A DNA stretch of 64,000 bases from sequence record MW812343.1. One strand, written 5' to 3'. Of this stretch, positions 9,696 through 19,796 are shown one piece after another. Both the position numbers and the translations under genes were made by a program. Position 1 is the first letter of the stretch. Each line of letters starts with the position of its first letter. The notes beneath the pieces were generated by a model that made no database searches, was not told the origin of the DNA, and saw nothing but the letters and a program-made list of their open reading frames with translations.

Positions 9696-9830
9696 TTGAT
9701 GAAATAATTAACCTAGTCGGTGCTCGAACACCGGCTAGTATTTCACCATAGTAAGGCGCTTATTTTTTTTTGCTTCGGCAGGACACATAACTGCCCATGC
9801 TGGAGACCGAAGTCTCCAGCTGAGTGAGGC

Positions 9831-11396
9831 TCAGAACAAGTCGTCGCCCATACCACCGGTGAAGTGGTTGATAGAGGATGCCGTTACGGTCATCTCTTTG
9901 TCGCAATCCCAAGGAAGGATGCCTACGTCTGCAAAAGGTATAACAGTGTAATGGTGTTTTTCATTGGTGTCGATAATGGTACGGTGTTTACCGCGTTGGA
10001 CTTCTAAGAAGCTGTGACCATTGACCACACGCTTGTTGAAGTAAACCTCACCATCGGCTTCGTTATCCAGACTCGTACAGTTATCGTACAAGCCACGACC
10101 TGGGAGGTTCTTACAGAAGCCTACCGGGTCTACCGCTTTCAGACGTTTCCCTTCTGGAGAAATCTGATGCGGCGCTAACAGGAAACCGTGGTTACGCACG
10201 ACCTGAATGTTTCGGGCCATGCGGTAAATCTCTTTGATGTCACTGCCTGCAATCCCGTTACCGTGACCTGCCTTGTTAATGGTACCAAGGTAATCGGCAC
10301 GAATACCCACAACGTGGAAGCCGTCGTTTTTGTAACCGGAAATAAGGTCGTTCAGGTAGTGCACTTTGAAATCGGTGTTCGTGTGTTTCTCGAATGAGTA
10401 TTCCCATCCGTTGGCGCGAATCTTGTCAATCAAGTAATCGGCCATCATCTGAACGTGAGCGGCGCGTTCTTCATCGGTGGCGTTCTCAGGTAGGGTCATC
10501 ACCGGTGCAACACCTTCGAAGTGACCGTAGATAGCCTGATAGGCGTAAGCGATGTTAACGTCCAGTTCGTTCTCAAGACTCAGGTCTAGAATCAACGGTG
10601 CCAAGTTACCCTTAACGTTGGCCATGACTTTTTCCGGTGTGTTAAACAACGGAATCGATATCGCCGTTAAGAGACTAAAGAGTGACTTACAGTTAAATGG
10701 CAGCGCAGGCATGAGCCACAATTCTTCGGTAATTCCTTTGTTACACCCCATCATTTGATTGATGGCTTTCCAACCGGTCTTCAAACCGTTACCGGCAACC
10801 TTGCGGTTAATGTCGCTGAACGTCTTCACAAACGGCGCACGATCCGTCGTGATAAGCTTGTTCACCTGTGAAGGAATCTTATTATGAGAACGTTCACCGA
10901 ACGTGGCCATAGATCCCGTCAGATCTTTCAGCGCTGTCTGGAGGTCAACACGGGTTTCTGTTCCGTTCAACACGCCGAGGGTGCGCCCGAGGTATTGCTT
11001 TAGCTGCACGCCTTGAATTGCCTGACGCAATTGGAAATAATATTGGGAAAGGATTTTGTTCAGATAGTCGAGACGTTTTTCGTCTTCTTCTGGCATATCC
11101 TCTGATTCCATGAATTTCACAATCACATCGTATAGAGGGCGTGTTTGCGTGGTTGCCAGTTTCAAGCGCTTCATGACATTGGTGTGGTTGTAATCCATAC
11201 CACCGTCGATGACTGATGTTATAATGTCTTTGATTTCAGCTAATGCCGAGCGCTCGTCACCTTCTTCGACGTAATCGGGAAGCTTGACCTCGTGGAGCAC
11301 TTTTCTTATGACGTCATGATCTTTATCGGGCTCAGCGAGAAGGCTCTCTGCGTATAAAGCGGCCAAGGCTGTTATCAACATCATTTTACTATTCAT
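9831..11396 (-). CDS. dnaB: DnaB-like replicative helicase (phiKZ gp118-like)
   Basis: Degenerate Walker A ALPFNCKS, IRADYLG, APHQIS, EADGEVY, VQRGKHR; synteny beside the MCP. Confidence 0.9.
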   Translation of the reverse strand: MNSKMMLITALAALYAESLLAEPDKDHDVIRKVLHEVKLPDYVEEGDERSALAEIKDIITSVIDGGMDYNHTNVMKRLKLATTQTRPLYDVIVKFMESEDMPEEDEKRLDYLNKILSQYYFQLRQAIQGVQLKQYLGRTLGVLNGTETRVDLQTALKDLTGSMATFGERSHNKIPSQVNKLITTDRAPFVKTFSDINRKVAGNGLKTGWKAINQMMGCNKGITEELWLMPALPFNCKSLFSLLTAISIPLFNTPEKVMANVKGNLAPLILDLSLENELDVNIAYAYQAIYGHFEGVAPVMTLPENATDEERAAHVQMMADYLIDKIRANGWEYSFEKHTNTDFKVHYLNDLISGYKNDGFHVVGIRADYLGTINKAGHGNGIAGSDIKEIYRMARNIQVVRNHGFLLAPHQISPEGKRLKAVDPVGFCKNLPGRGLYDNCTSLDNEADGEVYFNKRVVNGHSFLEVQRGKHRTIIDTNEKHHYTVIPFADVGILPWDCDKEMTVTASSINHFTGGMGDDLF

Positions 11397-11409
11397 GGAG
11401 CATCCTTCA

Positions 11410-11949
11410 ATGCGAATTCGTTTTAGCCCTGCATGGGAAGTTCAACCTAACATAGATAAAGTAGCCAGCGTTAAAAAGTTGGAATTGCTCCAACCGCTGT
11501 TCTTTAACTGGTTATATGACTGTGCTCCCATTGCATTCAGTTCAAAGATGTTGCCGGACTGCTCGCGTGAGACCATCTACAAATCGCTGATGGCACCACC
11601 GTTGCTTCCAGTTAAATATTATGACCAAGTGTTCGACTTGGTTAGACAGGGTGCGAAAGAGTCCCTTTCCGATTTATATGGGGAAGCTTTCACCGAAGAA
11701 CTACGCTGGTCGTTTGTCCAACGTAATGATGTTATAGTGGCGTCTCTAGTTGAAGCGAAAGCCGGACATCCGGGTTTCACCCTCAGCGACGAACGCGCTG
11801 CGAAAAAGACGTTCTGCGCAGAACTTTTTAAATATGTGCGTACCAAGACTCGCGTCGTGGATGATTCATTCAGCACGTCTACGCAGTTTGCTGCTCATGA
11901 AGTGCTGACGCAACTCTACGCATGTCATTTATCACACAAGGTAACTTGA
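11410..11949 (+). CDS. conserved protein upstream of MCP (phiKZ gp119 position)
   Basis: GGAG SD at 11397; synteny helicase/small gene/MCP. Confidence 0.7.
   Translation: MRIRFSPAWEVQPNIDKVASVKKLELLQPLFFNWLYDCAPIAFSSKMLPDCSRETIYKSLMAPPLLPVKYYDQVFDLVRQGAKESLSDLYGEAFTEELRWSFVQRNDVIVASLVEAKAGHPGFTLSDERAAKKTFCAELFKYVRTKTRVVDDSFSTSTQFAAHEVLTQLYACHLSHKVT
11451..11471 (-). promoter_or_regulatory. RCR-N14-TRTG promoter candidate for the helicase
   Basis: On -: TTTTTA-ACG-N14-TATG, 54 nt upstream of the helicase ATG, inside the opposite gene. Confidence 0.5.
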
Positions 11950-11950
11950 A

Positions 11951-14281
11951 ATGAAAGAAACTCGAATCTCCAATCTGGAGCGACTGATTGAGCAAGGCAA
12001 CACTCTGGTTGCTAACTCAGCAGTTGGCACCACCACTGCGGATCTGTGGAAAACTGTTGCAGCTGGCGAATCTGTTCGTGGTAACGCGCATGCATTCTCT
12101 ACCGCTGTAACCAACGCTGGTCAAGCGTACGCTGCCGTATACGGCGGTAAGCAGATGTCTCACGCGGCGCAGGTTGCGTCTGCAATGATTCTTTCTGCTC
12201 ACGGCAACGAAGAAGAGTTCCTGTCTAAGCCTGCTCGCGAATCTGCCGACAAGCGCTGGAACAACTACATGGAAGTTGCCATCCCTGGCCAAGCTTCCCT
12301 GAATGCTGACTATGGCAAAACGCCACTGGTTGCAACTGAGTATTACACCAACAAAGACCTGGACAAAAACCTCGGTCTGACCTGGACCCTGAACGTCCGC
12401 GCGCTGGAAACTCAGTCTGCCTTCGCTGAAAAGCTGTTCCCAACCATCACCGTTGACACCAACGACGTTGGTATCACTGTGCGTACCAAAATCACTACCG
12501 TTACTCGCGGTATTCTGAACGCACTGCTGGCGAAAGACAGCGTCATCGACGATCGTAAACCGCTGCACAACGCGCTGACCGACCACACCGTGCTGCAAGA
12601 CGATGCTATCCGCATCGTGCCGTACGTGATGGAAGATGGTGACAACGCCGAATTCTTCGTTTCTGATGACATCATCGAAAACGAAACCGTGCGTCTGGGC
12701 CGCGTGCCACCGTACCCGACTAACTATCTGGACATCAGCAAGCTGAAGGGTAACCTCTTCCGCCTGTCTGCACACCCAGGTATCGTGGCTGAAGGCTACG
12801 ACGAAACTGACGAAATCGCACCGGGTGCCGCTCTGGGCTCTCTGCTGGTTTCTGTCCGTAAGCCGGGCGACGATGTGAAGGCTGGTAAGAAAATCATCCT
12901 GAACACTCGCGACATGCAGTTCGCAAGCTTCCAGCGTCCTCCTGAAGGTGACGGCCGTGAGCTGGTTCTCCAGTTCCGTCGTACTCAGTTCGCGCTGAAT
13001 GGCGAGTCTGTCGACTATAAAGGCGACGACATCCCTGCGCTGTCTGCTCTGAAGCAGAGCAAGTACACCCTGCGTTACGTGATCAACATCACCATGAGCC
13101 TGTTCACCAACGGCCAGCGCTCCGGTCAGTACGAAATCAGCGGTGCCAACCTGTCTGTTGAAGATCTGGTTGATGCAACTGGTGCAGAAGTGTCGATGGA
13201 TTCCGGTATCGGTAAAACCATCATGGACAACCTGAAAATCGAACTGCTGGGCTGGCGCTTCGACGGTACTCGTACCAACGAGAACCGGAGAACTCAGGGC
13301 CTGCTGCTGGACCCGGTCTGGGAACAAGAGAACTACAAGCTGCAATACGGTTCTCCTATCATGACCAAACAGCCGGTTGGCGTTGAATACGACGACGCTG
13401 AACGTCTGGATGACCTGGTTTCTGCGGTTAACATCCGTAACGAAATGCTGGCCATCACGCAGACCCTGTCTTACACCGATGCGGTTAAGCAGGCGAAAGC
13501 GACTATGGTTACGCAGTGGGATAAAACTGCCATCCGCGGTCTGGGCCGTCACTGGGTTGCTCCATGGTTCGAAGAAGTTGACTTCAACGTTGACAAAATC
13601 GTCCAGTCTCTGGAAACCAAAGACGCGCTGATCAACGCCCGTCAGGCGCTGCTGCAACGTATCGCTGACCAGGTAACTCGCGCTATCCAGGATAGCCGTT
13701 ACATGCCTGCTCTGCGTCTGTTGACTGCAAACCCACAGGCTGTTCCGAAAGTTGTGATTGCAACTGACGAACCTACTGCTGCAATGCTGCTGCTGCAAGT
13801 TGGTGAAACTCGCCTGCTGGGCGACCGTTACGACTACGAAGTTGTGACCACCAACGATGACCGCTGGCGCATCAAGAACGAGGCTGACGGTTCTTGGACT
13901 CGTCGTCTGCAATGGGTTCTGAAAGTTGACGGTGTTGAAGAAGGTTCTTACTGTGTTCTGAACTGGGGTAACCACTTCTGGTCTCCGATCATGGTAACCA
14001 ACATCAACATCCAGCGTAACGGTTCTACCAGCAAAGAACTTGCTGTGCAGCCTCGTAACGCGCACATCTGCCACTGCCCAATCACTGGTCTGATCTGGGT
14101 TAAAGGTATCACCAAACTGGTTGAGCAGAAACTGGCTTACAACGTTGTTACTACTGAAAGTGGTGACGGCGCAACTACCGACGGCAACGCCGGTAACGTA
14201 GCTGGTGACGCGAATACCTCTGGCGGTACTTCCGGCTCACAGAGCGCTGGTTCTTCTAGCACTCCAAAAGCTGGTAGCTAA
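11951..14281 (+). CDS. major capsid protein precursor
   Basis: 776 aa, strong high-expression codon bias, AFAEKLFPTITV, A-T-E at residue 130 (prohead protease site), synteny. Confidence 0.93.
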   Translation: MKETRISNLERLIEQGNTLVANSAVGTTTADLWKTVAAGESVRGNAHAFSTAVTNAGQAYAAVYGGKQMSHAAQVASAMILSAHGNEEEFLSKPARESADKRWNNYMEVAIPGQASLNADYGKTPLVATEYYTNKDLDKNLGLTWTLNVRALETQSAFAEKLFPTITVDTNDVGITVRTKITTVTRGILNALLAKDSVIDDRKPLHNALTDHTVLQDDAIRIVPYVMEDGDNAEFFVSDDIIENETVRLGRVPPYPTNYLDISKLKGNLFRLSAHPGIVAEGYDETDEIAPGAALGSLLVSVRKPGDDVKAGKKIILNTRDMQFASFQRPPEGDGRELVLQFRRTQFALNGESVDYKGDDIPALSALKQSKYTLRYVINITMSLFTNGQRSGQYEISGANLSVEDLVDATGAEVSMDSGIGKTIMDNLKIELLGWRFDGTRTNENRRTQGLLLDPVWEQENYKLQYGSPIMTKQPVGVEYDDAERLDDLVSAVNIRNEMLAITQTLSYTDAVKQAKATMVTQWDKTAIRGLGRHWVAPWFEEVDFNVDKIVQSLETKDALINARQALLQRIADQVTRAIQDSRYMPALRLLTANPQAVPKVVIATDEPTAAMLLLQVGETRLLGDRYDYEVVTTNDDRWRIKNEADGSWTRRLQWVLKVDGVEEGSYCVLNWGNHFWSPIMVTNINIQRNGSTSKELAVQPRNAHICHCPITGLIWVKGITKLVEQKLAYNVVTTESGDGATTDGNAGNVAGDANTSGGTSGSQSAGSSSTPKAGS

Positions 14282-14301
14282 GCCTTAGGCTGATGCGGAT
14301 T

Positions 14302-14343
14302 CCCTACACCTCTTCGGAGGTGTAGGGTTTTCTTTTTTTTTGT
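14302..14343 (+). terminator. strong terminator after MCP
   Basis: CCCTACACCTC-TTCG-GAGGTGTAGGG + T run. Confidence 0.92.
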
Positions 14344-14355
14344 TCTAAAAAGTTT

Positions 14356-14376
14356 GAGATAGATATTATCTAAGGG
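14356..14376 (+). promoter_or_regulatory. early promoter
   Basis: GAGATAGATATTATCTAAGGG. Confidence 0.75.
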
Positions 14377-14411
14377 AAGCACTCATCTTTTCATTTATAA
14401 GGAGTATTATC

Positions 14412-15164
14412 GTGGATATTGATTCGTTGCCCGTTATTGAATTTACCAGCATCAGCAGTGTAGTACCTGTATTCAACGGTCGAGGTTATCTGGTCGAGTT
14501 CACCAATAAGCTCACCACCCGTCACTGGCTGGCCAGAAAGATGATACACACGCCGGTCTACATGAGCAAAGATGCGCACGCTGCATTGCTGGCATACATC
14601 GCCCAACAAAAGCAGGTGGTCGAGAAGAAGGACGGTTGGGGGTACAGTACCGAATACTTGGTGCTCGGCGGTGTTTGCTTTAGCTCCCCGTACTTTGAAC
14701 GTCATTCTTACCGCGCCGAAGAAGCCGTAGAACAACTCGGTGCAATGTATGTTGAGCTGGCTGCCGGAACGTCACTGAACACGCGATACAATTGGCAGCC
14801 CGTTCCGTGGGATCACAACCATGCTGTGATGTCAGTTACCCCTGATCCGGACATTTATCTGATTCTGAGTGCTGACAAAGGTATGGTTACTTATCTGCGG
14901 AGAGAGTTCACGGAGTCGCCACACGGCCATGAGCATCTGAGTCGACAATTCTTACAGCGCGATTATGCCAGCATGGACAGCCCCGTCGTCGAAACCGACA
15001 TTGAGCTGATTAACATGGCCGATCGTTTGTACGGTGTGGCGACCACCGGCACCTTCCCAACTGATGGTTATACACTGACCTTAGAATTGGGATTGGGTAA
15101 ATTGGATGTGGCAAAGATGAACAAGGCGCGATTGCTAAAACTCGCAGAAACCCTGATACCGTAA
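14412..15164 (+). CDS. hypothetical early protein
   Basis: GTG start with AAGGAG SD. Confidence 0.75.
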   Translation: MDIDSLPVIEFTSISSVVPVFNGRGYLVEFTNKLTTRHWLARKMIHTPVYMSKDAHAALLAYIAQQKQVVEKKDGWGYSTEYLVLGGVCFSSPYFERHSYRAEEAVEQLGAMYVELAAGTSLNTRYNWQPVPWDHNHAVMSVTPDPDIYLILSADKGMVTYLRREFTESPHGHEHLSRQFLQRDYASMDSPVVETDIELINMADRLYGVATTGTFPTDGYTLTLELGLGKLDVAKMNKARLLKLAETLIP

Positions 15165-15171
15165 CATTTTT

Positions 15172-15237
15172 ACACCAGAGGCATAGCCTATGTGCCTCTT
15201 TGAATCCACGCATTCTGAGATAGATATTATCTCTGTG
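15172..15237 (+). promoter_or_regulatory. tandem promoters: ACA-N14-TATG then early motif
   Basis: TTTTT-ACA-N14-TATG (15172-15192); GAGATAGATATTATCTCTGTG (15217-15237). Confidence 0.7.
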
Positions 15238-15271
15238 AATTGACGATTGGTTTTGAAGCTGGATGTAATTA

Positions 15272-16363
15272 ATGAAACGACATAATCTGGATATTGCTCC
15301 GGTCATCTCGAAGAAGCCTGTCCGACACACCGCTGTCAGAAAAACGTTTACTTACGAGAATAATACCGGCACGCCAGTCTACGTTACGGATTCAACTGGG
15401 TCGTACATTATCATTGAACCCAAGAGAAATGTTATCTCCCCAAATGCGATTGTCATCTACGTGACGTATCGTGTTCCGGCGGGGATGGCAAATCTCATTG
15501 GCATCGCGGACACCCTCCCTGCGGCTGTCTATCAGAATCTGTGTCGTGAATTGGATAAGTTTGGCGAATCCACATTGATGTATATCGTGGATGACCCCGT
15601 ACCCATTTTACGTGGAGAAGCTATTGTATTGGAGAACCTAGGGTTATCCTTCTCGGTTCGTCCATTAGAGTTGGATAAGACGCCTATCCGACGCAACAGT
15701 CAAACGACTGAGCTGACGTTGGGCATTGTTATAGTACAGCACCACGATGACACACGATCAATCAAGTGGGTGCGGTACTATAACACGTTAGTTCAAGTGG
15801 TTCCGATTAAGGCAAAGTTTTACGAGCCGGGAATGTATCTGGTCATGATGAGTGGTGAGATTGTGGAAGGGAGTCGATTGCTACATTTCGACTTCGAAGA
15901 CCCGATGTCGCCCATGCGTGCGTTCGAAACCGAAGAAGCCGCCCGACAGTTCCGTTGGGTTGCAGATGCGGTACCGGCGTTAGCTGATCTCAGAAACAAA
16001 CTCGAAACGCAAATCGCCGCCAATGACCTGTCTCATGCACAACACAAACAGAAGTTGGATGTTGAGCACAGACGTAAACTGAATGAGTTGTCACTCGAAC
16101 GGGAGCAAACAGCCTCACTCTTCAGGGAACTGGAGATGAGGATAAAACAACAAGCAGAAGAACGAAAAGACAGCTTTGATGAACGGTCTACAGTACGTAA
16201 GGACCATTACGATGAACGGTCAACCGTGAGGAAAGACCAATCGGAAGAACGTAAGGAACATTACGAAAACCGTTCACAGACCCGTAAAGACGCGTCTGAA
16301 ACATTGAAAGCGATCCCAGCACTCTTAGCAGCGGGGGTGGCTATCGTAGCGATGCTTATGTGA
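15272..16363 (+). CDS. coiled-coil protein with 11-aa repeats and C-terminal membrane anchor
   Basis: DERSTVRKD(H/Q) repeats; hydrophobic tail ALLAAGVAIVAMLM. Confidence 0.75.
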   Translation: MKRHNLDIAPVISKKPVRHTAVRKTFTYENNTGTPVYVTDSTGSYIIIEPKRNVISPNAIVIYVTYRVPAGMANLIGIADTLPAAVYQNLCRELDKFGESTLMYIVDDPVPILRGEAIVLENLGLSFSVRPLELDKTPIRRNSQTTELTLGIVIVQHHDDTRSIKWVRYYNTLVQVVPIKAKFYEPGMYLVMMSGEIVEGSRLLHFDFEDPMSPMRAFETEEAARQFRWVADAVPALADLRNKLETQIAANDLSHAQHKQKLDVEHRRKLNELSLEREQTASLFRELEMRIKQQAEERKDSFDERSTVRKDHYDERSTVRKDQSEERKEHYENRSQTRKDASETLKAIPALLAAGVAIVAMLM

Positions 16364-16376
16364 GAGGAGAGAATGT

Positions 16377-18146
16377 GTGTTTGCAGATGCGATAAAACAG
16401 TTGAAGGCGTCAGGTAAGATTGTCCCCTTTAACCGCGCAGTGGCAGAAGGCGTCGGCTATGCACAAGCAAAAGATGGTATCCATGAACGGGTGTACGGGA
16501 TTCTCAAACGCGAACTCACGTACGATGCAGAAACTAACCCACGATTACCTATCGGGTTAGCGGTGCAACAATATCGTTTCATGTCACCGTTTGAAGCCTT
16601 TATCTTTAAGGTGGCAAAGGCAGACAATCGTCAAGCGAGAGGGCGTGCCCCAGTCTCCATTGCCCGAACCGATCAGTATATGATCATGGCCAACATCCGT
16701 ATACCGGGAGAGAACCGACTGACCGCCCGTCCAATGTACTTACCGTTCATTCGTCGTGGTGGGTTGATGTACTCGTGGGGTACCTTATACCACGTTGCAC
16801 CGGTGATTCACCAGCCGGGTATTTGTCGCGAGCATGGCGGCATCTTTATTAACTTTGACTTCACCCGCAAAGTCTCACTGAAGTTCTGTAAGCACTCAGT
16901 GAAGATTCTGGTTAACGGGAAAAAGGAGGAAATCTTCCTGCCGGGTACATCGAATCTCTACGTCCCTAAAACGACGCAGGGCCAAGATACCGATGAGAAG
17001 CCTCTGTTGTATTGGTTGTTCGGTAAGTACGGCTTCAAGCAGGCTGTAGAGCGTTATACGGGCGCACGCGTTGCTATCTGGCCATCGTACAATCTCAAAT
17101 CGATTGATTTGGATAAATACGTGGTGGTGCAATCGGGTGAACCGCAGCTGGGTAAAAATATCCAGTATGCGATTGTCGTCCCTCGCGAAGATTTACCGAG
17201 CACTGAAAAGTCACGTTGGGATCAGAACGAACATATGCTGTTGGCAATGTGTGCAGCTTTCTACAAAGCGGCCCATTTCTACGCAGGGCGTCGTACCGGT
17301 CGTAGCCAACAACGTAATGCGTTGGCACCACTGTTCACCTCCATCAACGAGTTTGATGTCGATGGGGATATCGCTAACCTGAACTCCAAAGAAATCTGGA
17401 AGGAGATTCTGGGACGCAGTATACAGGGTACCAAACCTTCTGATGTGGACTTGCTGCGAAGCATGAACAGCCACTTCATGGAGTGTGAGCGTTATGTGAA
17501 TAACACCTTCCGTGCCGAACTCATGGCGGTGGACCCGGACATTGATCCTGAAATGGACATGTTCGACTTCCTGTATTACACCACCAAGATGATGGTACGT
17601 ACCCGTCTGACCAAACAGGATGACTATTCATCCATGTACGGTAAGCGGTTAACGGTGGTCGATTATCTGTTGTTAGCACCAAAAGGTTTCACCAGTACGA
17701 TCTCCAACATCCGTTGGCGGTTGAGTCAGCTGGAGAACCGGACAGCAGAAAGCTGCCACGAAACGATTCGTGATGAGCTGAACAAGAAGATAGTACCGAA
17801 CCTTGTCTGTCGTGGTATCACGTCTAACGGGGGCATCAACTTCTTCAACGCATCCACCGAGTCGATGGTACTGGCGGTCTCCACGCACGCAATCGGCCAA
17901 ACTGAAACAGACAGCAAACGCGGTAAGAAAGGGAAGACAGTTAACCTTAACGACCGTACCAAACATGCTTCGGCGTCACACCTTGAATGCGGCAACGTAC
18001 ACTTCATTCCGAAGTCTGCTCCGTTTAAGTCCAACATCCTCAATGCTTACATGGTCACCAACCGTCAGCTTGTGATGATGCGTAACCCGAAACTGAAGAA
18101 AGAAATTGAAGCGGCCGAGATTGACATCGCACAAATCGGTCGATAA
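16377..18146 (+). CDS. non-virion RNA polymerase beta subunit N-terminal part (phiKZ gp123-like)
   Basis: YLPFIRRGGLMYSWGTLYHVAPVIHQPG ~ RpoB IPLMT..GTFVING.ERV.VSQLHRSPG; YGKRLTVV ~ LGNRRIRSV; synteny after MCP. Confidence 0.85.
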   Translation: MFADAIKQLKASGKIVPFNRAVAEGVGYAQAKDGIHERVYGILKRELTYDAETNPRLPIGLAVQQYRFMSPFEAFIFKVAKADNRQARGRAPVSIARTDQYMIMANIRIPGENRLTARPMYLPFIRRGGLMYSWGTLYHVAPVIHQPGICREHGGIFINFDFTRKVSLKFCKHSVKILVNGKKEEIFLPGTSNLYVPKTTQGQDTDEKPLLYWLFGKYGFKQAVERYTGARVAIWPSYNLKSIDLDKYVVVQSGEPQLGKNIQYAIVVPREDLPSTEKSRWDQNEHMLLAMCAAFYKAAHFYAGRRTGRSQQRNALAPLFTSINEFDVDGDIANLNSKEIWKEILGRSIQGTKPSDVDLLRSMNSHFMECERYVNNTFRAELMAVDPDIDPEMDMFDFLYYTTKMMVRTRLTKQDDYSSMYGKRLTVVDYLLLAPKGFTSTISNIRWRLSQLENRTAESCHETIRDELNKKIVPNLVCRGITSNGGINFFNASTESMVLAVSTHAIGQTETDSKRGKKGKTVNLNDRTKHASASHLECGNVHFIPKSAPFKSNILNAYMVTNRQLVMMRNPKLKKEIEAAEIDIAQIGR

Positions 18147-18170
18147 GTACACTTTAAGGAGAATCATTTA

Positions 18171-19742
18171 ATGGCAATTTCATCCAGTGCAGTCGTGAAA
18201 ATCATTGAAAGCCGTTTAACCGCGGGCAATGACACGACGCTTACTGCCATCAATCAGGCTGTTATTGACCGAGGCATCAATGCGCAAGATGCTTTGGACA
18301 TTGCAATCCAGATTGGTGACATACTCCTGGCCAAGAACGTGCCTCAAGACAAGATTGTAGAGAACATCATTTCTGCATACAAGGCAGCTACTTATCAGCT
18401 GTTGCAGAAAGCCGGTATTGCCTTCCAAAGTGATCCGGGTCTGCATGAACGTCTGAACAAGTTCTTCCAAGAGGTTAGGGCGATGATTAAATCTGCCGCA
18501 CAGACGTCCACAGGGACTCTGGGTGGATTAGTCGGTACCGCCATTCCGGGTGTAAGTTTGTCCGTCGCGCCGAGTGCGCCTACCACCTCAGCACCAATCA
18601 GTGGATTGGATGGTATTCAAGTGGGTAACGGGATTCCCGTTGCTCCGACTACCACCAGTCCTGGTCTCAGTGCGGTGGGTGCAACCTCGCTCGACGCGTT
18701 CGTAGAAACTCCTGCTGCGGCACCAAAAGCTGCTGCGCCACAACAACCAGCTCCGAAGGTGAATGCCGTGTTAAATGCCCCAGTTAAACAGATTATCGAG
18801 GTACAGAATTTGGAAACGTACGCAGAACATGAACTGGAAACGCCACGCAGCCGCGTATCGATTCCTGCAAAAGAAGCCAACGACAAAGTCAATGAGTTCC
18901 TGACCACAGGCAACTGGGTTGAACCGTTGGGTGAACTTCTGAGCGGTAAAACGAACGCGGTGTACTACGCAGGCGCTGACATTCTGGTGCGTGCGAACCG
19001 TGTAACTCGTCGTTATCTGGTTAACCCGGCGAAAGATGCGGAATTCGAAACCCGTATCGCGGAGTTCACCTCTCAGCACGAATCGCTGCTGGCACGTCTG
19101 GACGATCTCTATGGGATGGAAGACCCAGAGAAAATCGTTAAGGCCGTCACCAGTGTGGTGCAGGATATGAAGAAGAACGTTGTCACTTTCTACAGCGACA
19201 TGCTGCGTGAAGGTGTAGCGTCTGAAATCGTCGCATCCGAAGTTGCCCGCTTCACCAACGTTATTCTGGCCACGATGTCTATCGCGGTACACAATGCGCT
19301 GAGCCTCGGTACTAACCGTTGCCAGAACATTCCAACCAATCCAAAGATTGAGCTGGAAAAGAACATGGATGATCTGGAGTTCTTCTCAGATTTCCTGTAC
19401 CAGAAAACTGTGGGTGATAACGGCTACACCACTGAGCCGGACTTCTTCCGTGACCTGTTCCTGATGGTGGGTTCTTCACTGCGTAAAGTGGTAGTGCGTT
19501 ACAGCGCAGGTGAACTGATTGTGCGTCATGAAACAGCGGAGATTGTGATTCCGGGTAACTATCCAACCCTGAAACGCAATAACGTGGTAGGTAAGCATTC
19601 TCTGGGTGCAACGCATGACCCAGTGACCACCATCTTCGAAGAGTTCGTGCGTAACAAACCAGAAGTGCACGTCATGCTGAAAGCGGATGATACTTATCTG
19701 CTGCTCAGCACCGGTGAGAACACTGCACCGATTTACTATTAA
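18171..19742 (+). CDS. conserved jumbo-phage protein
   Basis: 523 aa, AAGGAG SD, Ala/Pro/Thr linker. Confidence 0.75.
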   Translation: MAISSSAVVKIIESRLTAGNDTTLTAINQAVIDRGINAQDALDIAIQIGDILLAKNVPQDKIVENIISAYKAATYQLLQKAGIAFQSDPGLHERLNKFFQEVRAMIKSAAQTSTGTLGGLVGTAIPGVSLSVAPSAPTTSAPISGLDGIQVGNGIPVAPTTTSPGLSAVGATSLDAFVETPAAAPKAAAPQQPAPKVNAVLNAPVKQIIEVQNLETYAEHELETPRSRVSIPAKEANDKVNEFLTTGNWVEPLGELLSGKTNAVYYAGADILVRANRVTRRYLVNPAKDAEFETRIAEFTSQHESLLARLDDLYGMEDPEKIVKAVTSVVQDMKKNVVTFYSDMLREGVASEIVASEVARFTNVILATMSIAVHNALSLGTNRCQNIPTNPKIELEKNMDDLEFFSDFLYQKTVGDNGYTTEPDFFRDLFLMVGSSLRKVVVRYSAGELIVRHETAEIVIPGNYPTLKRNNVVGKHSLGATHDPVTTIFEEFVRNKPEVHVMLKADDTYLLLSTGENTAPIYY

Positions 19743-19749
19743 TCCAAAC

Positions 19750-19782
19750 AGGTGACCTTCGGGTCACCTTGTTTTATTTTTT
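19750..19782 (+). terminator. intrinsic terminator
   Basis: AGGTGACC-TTCG-GGTCACCT + T tract. Confidence 0.9.
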
Positions 19783-19796
19783 GTGGGGTGATTCCG

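Noticed and set aside
9539-11405. Repeated GGAGCATCC flanking the helicase
   Set aside because: A 9-mer containing an SD core; recurrence is plausible by chance
12017-14074. 685-aa minus-strand ORF
   Set aside because: Exact antisense shadow of the codon-biased MCP; no SD or recognisable motifs
14356-14376. Early motif as a DNA-hairpin (N4-like) promoter
   Set aside because: AGATA/TATCT dyad is broken in the two TATATTAC copies and in the 34411 copy
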